From NCBI RefSeq assembly GCF_965208895.1, contig NZ_OZ242363.1, forward strand, positions 1,307,105 to 1,371,104: DNA of 64,000 nucleotides, in the 5' to 3' direction. This DNA comes from Candidatus Poriferisodalis sp. Its GTDB lineage: Bacteria > Actinomycetota > Acidimicrobiia > Acidimicrobiales > Poriferisodalaceae. The notes below the pieces were generated by a model, which saw only the letters and a program-made list of their open reading frames with translations, was not told the DNA's origin and searched no databases. Positions 60,468 to 64,000 of the stretch are shown here, in pieces (position 1 is the stretch's first letter; each line of letters opens with the position of its first letter). Both the position numbers and the translations under genes were made by a program.

Positions 60468-61757
60468 TTATGGATCAGTGGTCTCGCACCACGCAGCGAT
60501 GAAGTGCGCGAGGGTGCGGGTCGCCGTCACGAGCTCGTCGATGCCGAGCCGCTCGAATGGCGTATGGCAATTCGAGATGTCGCCCGGAGCGAAATAGACG
60601 CTGGGAATCCCCAGGTCTGCCAGGAACGACTTCTCTGACCAGTAGGGAGCGCCGTCGACACGTGCAGGTTCGCCGGTCACGGCCTCGATCGAGTCAGCCA
60701 GCGCCCGCACTCCGGGATGGCCGGCGCCGATCTCGTCGGGCGTGCCGCCCACCGGGTGGTCGCGAGCGGCGTTGAACTCGACGGCGCAGTCGACACCGTG
60801 GGCCTCCGCTGCGTCCACAGCGATCGAGCGGATCTGCTCTGCCGCATCGTCGAGGCTCTCGCCCGGCAGGAGCTTGCGAATCAGCGACAGGTCGAACCGG
60901 CCCGGCACGGCGATGTTGCCGCCAGCAGAGACCGACGTGACCAGCAGGAACGCCTCACCCAGCAATTCGTGAGACGGCACAGACTTCCGCAGCCCCTCAG
61001 AGCATTCCCACAGCCGCGCCAGCAGCGAATGACCTGCCCGCAACGCATCGACGCCCAGCTCGGGCCGGCCGAAATAGGCCGACACTCCGGTGAGTGTGAT
61101 GTCGGCGATCAAGAAACCCATCTGCGCCGTGTAGATCGCGGAAGTTGTGGGCTCGGTGTAAATCGCAAAGTCCGCGCTCGGGACCGGGCCGCTGCGTCCC
61201 TGCACAGCCGCACGTATGCCGGCCGACACACCGCTGCCGGGCTGGCCCGACTCCTCGTCGCACACGAACAGCGCCGACACATTGCCGGCGGGCCGAAGCC
61301 CGGCACGCCGGACCGCGCTGACCGCTTCGACGATGGCGCAGATCCCTGCCTTCTGGTCTGCCACGCCGCGGCCCCAGATCTCGCCGTCGATCACATGAGC
61401 GCCGAATGGATCCGCGCGCTCGGTGCCCTTCCAGTGTTGGGACCAATCCTGCGTGGCCACCGTGTCCAGGTGGCCGGCAAGCAGCAGGGACCGGCCTTCC
61501 GAACCCCCCACCGAGCCCCACACGTTGGGCCTGCCGGGCTCGAACGCAGCCGAACCGGTGTCGTCGAAAGCGCCGGCGGCGTTCATGGCGTCAAGCACCC
61601 ACTCGGCGAAGGGCCCTTCGTTGGGCGTCACGCTGGGAATGGCGGTGGCTTCCCGCACCAACCGAACGACCTCGTCGCCGTCGACGGTCGCCGCGGCGCG
61701 TTCTGGCGCGGTCGCGGGGGCGGGGGCGGGTGGGGCGCGGTCGGGCGCCGGGCTCAC
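60468..61757 (-). CDS. M20-family metallopeptidase / ArgE-DapE-like deacylase
   Basis: ..LLLAGHLDTVA.., ..RGVADQKAG.. and ..LFVCDEESG.. are the metal-ligand motifs. Confidence 0.8.
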   Translation of the reverse strand: MSPAPDRAPPAPAPATAPERAAATVDGDEVVRLVREATAIPSVTPNEGPFAEWVLDAMNAAGAFDDTGSAAFEPGRPNVWGSVGGSEGRSLLLAGHLDTVATQDWSQHWKGTERADPFGAHVIDGEIWGRGVADQKAGICAIVEAVSAVRRAGLRPAGNVSALFVCDEESGQPGSGVSAGIRAAVQGRSGPVPSADFAIYTEPTTSAIYTAQMGFLIADITLTGVSAYFGRPELGVDALRAGHSLLARLWECSEGLRKSVPSHELLGEAFLLVTSVSAGGNIAVPGRFDLSLIRKLLPGESLDDAAEQIRSIAVDAAEAHGVDCAVEFNAARDHPVGGTPDEIGAGHPGVRALADSIEAVTGEPARVDGAPYWSEKSFLADLGIPSVYFAPGDISNCHTPFERLGIDELVTATRTLAHFIAAWCETTDP

Positions 61758-62944
61758 TGCTGCTCCCCGAGGAATTCCGTAATCAGCGATTCGCGCACGT
61801 GCCGCAGGGACATGGACGCCGCGCCGATGAGCGTTGCCCGATCTCCAAGACTGGAAGCGATCAATTCCGGAGCCGTCGTGACGAGGCTCGACAGGCCATC
61901 CCGCACGGCGTCGATGAAGACGAGATCAGCGCCGACCGGTCCGCCGAACACGATGCGAGTCGGATCCGCGATGAGGCACAGATGCGATACCGCGAACGCC
62001 ATCGCGCCCGCGACCTCGCTCAGCACCATGGTGGCCGCTGTGTCGCCACGTCCCGCTGCGGCGAGAATCTCTGCGATGTCGGCGCCTGGATCGAGCGTCG
62101 AGGGGCGACCATCCTCGATGGCCCTTCCCAGGCGCTTGCGGATCGACGGGGCCGACGCCACGTCTTCGAGCGTGACGGGGGTCGCATCGCGCTGCGGAAC
62201 GGCCACTGCCAGCGAGCCCAGCTCGCCCGCCGAGCCTGTGCCGCCGCGATACAGCTCTCCCCCGACCACCAAGCCCAAACCGATGCCGGTACCAGCGAAC
62301 ACCGCAGCGAAGTCTCCGCCTGCTTCCTCATCGCTCAAGCGAGCAAGCTCGCCCAAGGCGGCCAAGTTGACGTCGTTCTCCACGAACGCGGGGACACCGA
62401 AGCGCTCGCTCAGGTAGGCGCCGACCTCGAGACCGTCGAAGCCGGGCAGGTTGAGAGCCTGCTCAACCTGGTCCTGCTCGGGCCGGTAGATCCCCGGCAC
62501 GCCGACGCACACCGCATGGCAGGGCCGTCCGGATTCCGCGAGCATCGACGACGCCGCCGTCACGAGCCGCTCCAACGCCGTATGCGCATCGGGACCAGTT
62601 TCGAGCTCTACCTCTGTGACCACGTTGCCCAGCAGGTCTGCCAGGCCGATGAGCATCCGCGTCGCTCCCATATCGGCCACGACGCAGTGACGGGCCGACG
62701 GAACGAGCTCGTAGAGCGATGCGGGTCGACCAATCGAACCCGACCGGGCACTCGCCTCGGCCATCCGAACCAGGCCGACCGACTCCATGTCGGCCATCAG
62801 CGCCGACACCGTCGGCTTCGACAGCCCGGTGGCGCGAGCGATATCCGCACGCGACATCCGACCCGGATGCGCAGCGAAGAGCGCGTCGGCGATTCGCTGC
62901 CCGCTGAGCAGTCTCAGCACGGCGGTACCCGATGCCTCTGCCAT
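61754..62944 (-). CDS. ROK-family transcriptional regulator (NagC/Mlc-like)
   Basis: The N-terminal wHTH is ..MSRADIARATGLSKPTVSALMADM... A ROK sugar-binding body follows. Confidence 0.8.
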   Translation of the reverse strand: MAEASGTAVLRLLSGQRIADALFAAHPGRMSRADIARATGLSKPTVSALMADMESVGLVRMAEASARSGSIGRPASLYELVPSARHCVVADMGATRMLIGLADLLGNVVTEVELETGPDAHTALERLVTAASSMLAESGRPCHAVCVGVPGIYRPEQDQVEQALNLPGFDGLEVGAYLSERFGVPAFVENDVNLAALGELARLSDEEAGGDFAAVFAGTGIGLGLVVGGELYRGGTGSAGELGSLAVAVPQRDATPVTLEDVASAPSIRKRLGRAIEDGRPSTLDPGADIAEILAAAGRGDTAATMVLSEVAGAMAFAVSHLCLIADPTRIVFGGPVGADLVFIDAVRDGLSSLVTTAPELIASSLGDRATLIGAASMSLRHVRESLITEFLGEQQ

Positions 62945-63060
62945 ATTGTTAGTAACACTACCTTACAAATAGTGCATGTCAAGACACCGGCCGCCCCGCG
63001 GACGCAGTTCCATCTGCGAGCACTCAGGGATTGTCGGGCGGGCAGTGGCAGACTTGGCCT

Positions 63061-64000
63061 GTGGAGACCCGCCAGCTCGAATCGACACCCGGCTTTGTCA
63101 TCTATGACCTGCCCGGCGCCCAGCACTACGTCGGGGAGACCCGACTCGGCAGCCGCCTCATCCCCGGCAATGCGACGATGCTCGTGCGACACCTCACCTA
63201 TGTGTTCGCCACCCTCGAGCAGCAGCGCAGCGGCGCGAGCATCGGCCTGAAGTCCGACCCGTCCGAGGCTGCCACCGCTGTTGAGGCGCTGGCATCGGAG
63301 CTCGTCGACGACTTCGCCACCGGCAGGCTCTCCACCAGCCCCGGCCTGCGACTCGACGCTGACGTGCTGGCGCCGGTGCTGACCCACGATCAGCGCAACC
63401 TCATCGGCAACGACGACCGCGACGGAATCTCGTTCAACCACGAGCTCATCGGCGTCGGCGCTACCGCAGCGGCTTCCAGCCTCGTCGGCGGCCTCGATGG
63501 CAAGCGCATCGCCGTCGAGGGATTCGGCCCTGCGGGCATGGGCATCGCACGCGAGGCAGCGGCGGCCGGCGCCGCCGTCGTCCGCGTCGCGACCGCGAAG
63601 GGCTGCACTGGCGACCGGATTGACGGCGGCATGCTGGACCCCGTGGCGCTCACCGAAGCGTGGCTCGCTGACGGCGACATGTGCGTGGCCACGCTGTCAG
63701 GCGACGGCGAACCGGCGAAACCGTGGACGGTCTGGAGAGACGACGTCGACGTGCTGTTCTGCGGCTCGAAGCCCGGCGCCATGTCTGGTGACGGCGCTTC
63801 GATGGCCGGTGCCACACCGGTCGTGGCGTTCTCGCCGGCCGCAGTGTCGTCCAAGGCACTGGCCGTGCTGCGCGCTGCGGGCACCGCAGTCGCGGCTGAC
63901 TTCGTGACCGCCGTCGGTCCGGCATTGGGCTGGTGGGCCGATCCGGTGCTCACTCACGACGACCTGCGTTCGGCGACATCGGACACCGTGAACGCTGTCA
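63061..64000 (+). CDS. Glu/Leu/Phe/Val-dehydrogenase-like protein, partial (continues past the window end)
   Basis: It is not in the ORF track because there is no stop in the window. My manual translation is open from 62956. The candidate start is GTG 63061 (TTG 63031 is an alternative). It reads ..VIYDLPGAQHYVGETRLGS.. and ..KRIAVEGFGPAGMGIAREAAAAG.. (Rossmann GxGxxG). Confidence 0.45.
   Translation, partial: METRQLESTPGFVIYDLPGAQHYVGETRLGSRLIPGNATMLVRHLTYVFATLEQQRSGASIGLKSDPSEAATAVEALASELVDDFATGRLSTSPGLRLDADVLAPVLTHDQRNLIGNDDRDGISFNHELIGVGATAAASSLVGGLDGKRIAVEGFGPAGMGIAREAAAAGAAVVRVATAKGCTGDRIDGGMLDPVALTEAWLADGDMCVATLSGDGEPAKPWTVWRDDVDVLFCGSKPGAMSGDGASMAGATPVVAFSPAAVSSKALAVLRAAGTAVAADFVTAVGPALGWWADPVLTHDDLRSATSDTVNAV

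Noticed and set aside
60717-63250. Long plus-strand ORFs 60717-62417 (566 aa) and 61406-63250 (614 aa)
   Set aside because: They are antisense to the M20 deacylase and ROK regulator genes, which have clear catalytic/HTH motifs and overlapping operon junctions. Their translations are low-complexity and R/P/A-rich.

Overview
High-GC (roughly 65-68% by eye) actinobacterial-type chromosomal segment. Lineage markers are a mycothiol amidase Mca, an F420-type LLM oxidoreductase and an actinobacterial DapD. I saw no rRNA, tRNA, CRISPR array, transposase or integrase.

The left 11.7 kb is a defence island. It holds an Ssp-type DNA phosphorothioation operon (cysteine desulfurase, DUF4007, large P-loop ATPase, PAPS-reductase-like enzyme). 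The operon continues co-directionally into a sigma70-r4-like HTH protein, a GIY-YIG nuclease ORF, a DGQHR (DndB-like) protein and a SNF2 helicase. The SNF2 gene runs off the window start and is missing from the ORF track.

Two genes in this island look broken. The SspC-like ATPase is split at a 16-nt poly-G tract. The HTH and GIY-YIG ORFs appear to be one frame-shifted gene.

The rest is mostly housekeeping:
- a Zur/ZnuABC-like zinc regulon plus a CDF exporter
- a beta-oxidation-like cluster
- dapD, mca, and an MgtE-like/TrkA-C pair
- an amino-sugar ABC/NagB/ROK locus

Small accessory insertions punctuate this background:
- a DUF3800 cassette flanked by ~58-90 bp direct repeats
- a phosphoribosyltransferase gene flanked by an ~80-nt repeat family
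- three tandem BNR-like lipoprotein paralogues
- a Fic / PD-(D/E)xK-HEPN / RusA islet
- a Schlafen-like AlbA_2 ATPase
- a 3.5-kb low-GC islet (CPBP protease pseudogene, ABC-2 transporter, methyltransferase) bounded by 138-bp direct repeats that duplicate the 3' end of a ChbG-like gene

Many long ORFs in the track are antisense shadow ORFs typical of high-GC DNA and were ignored.
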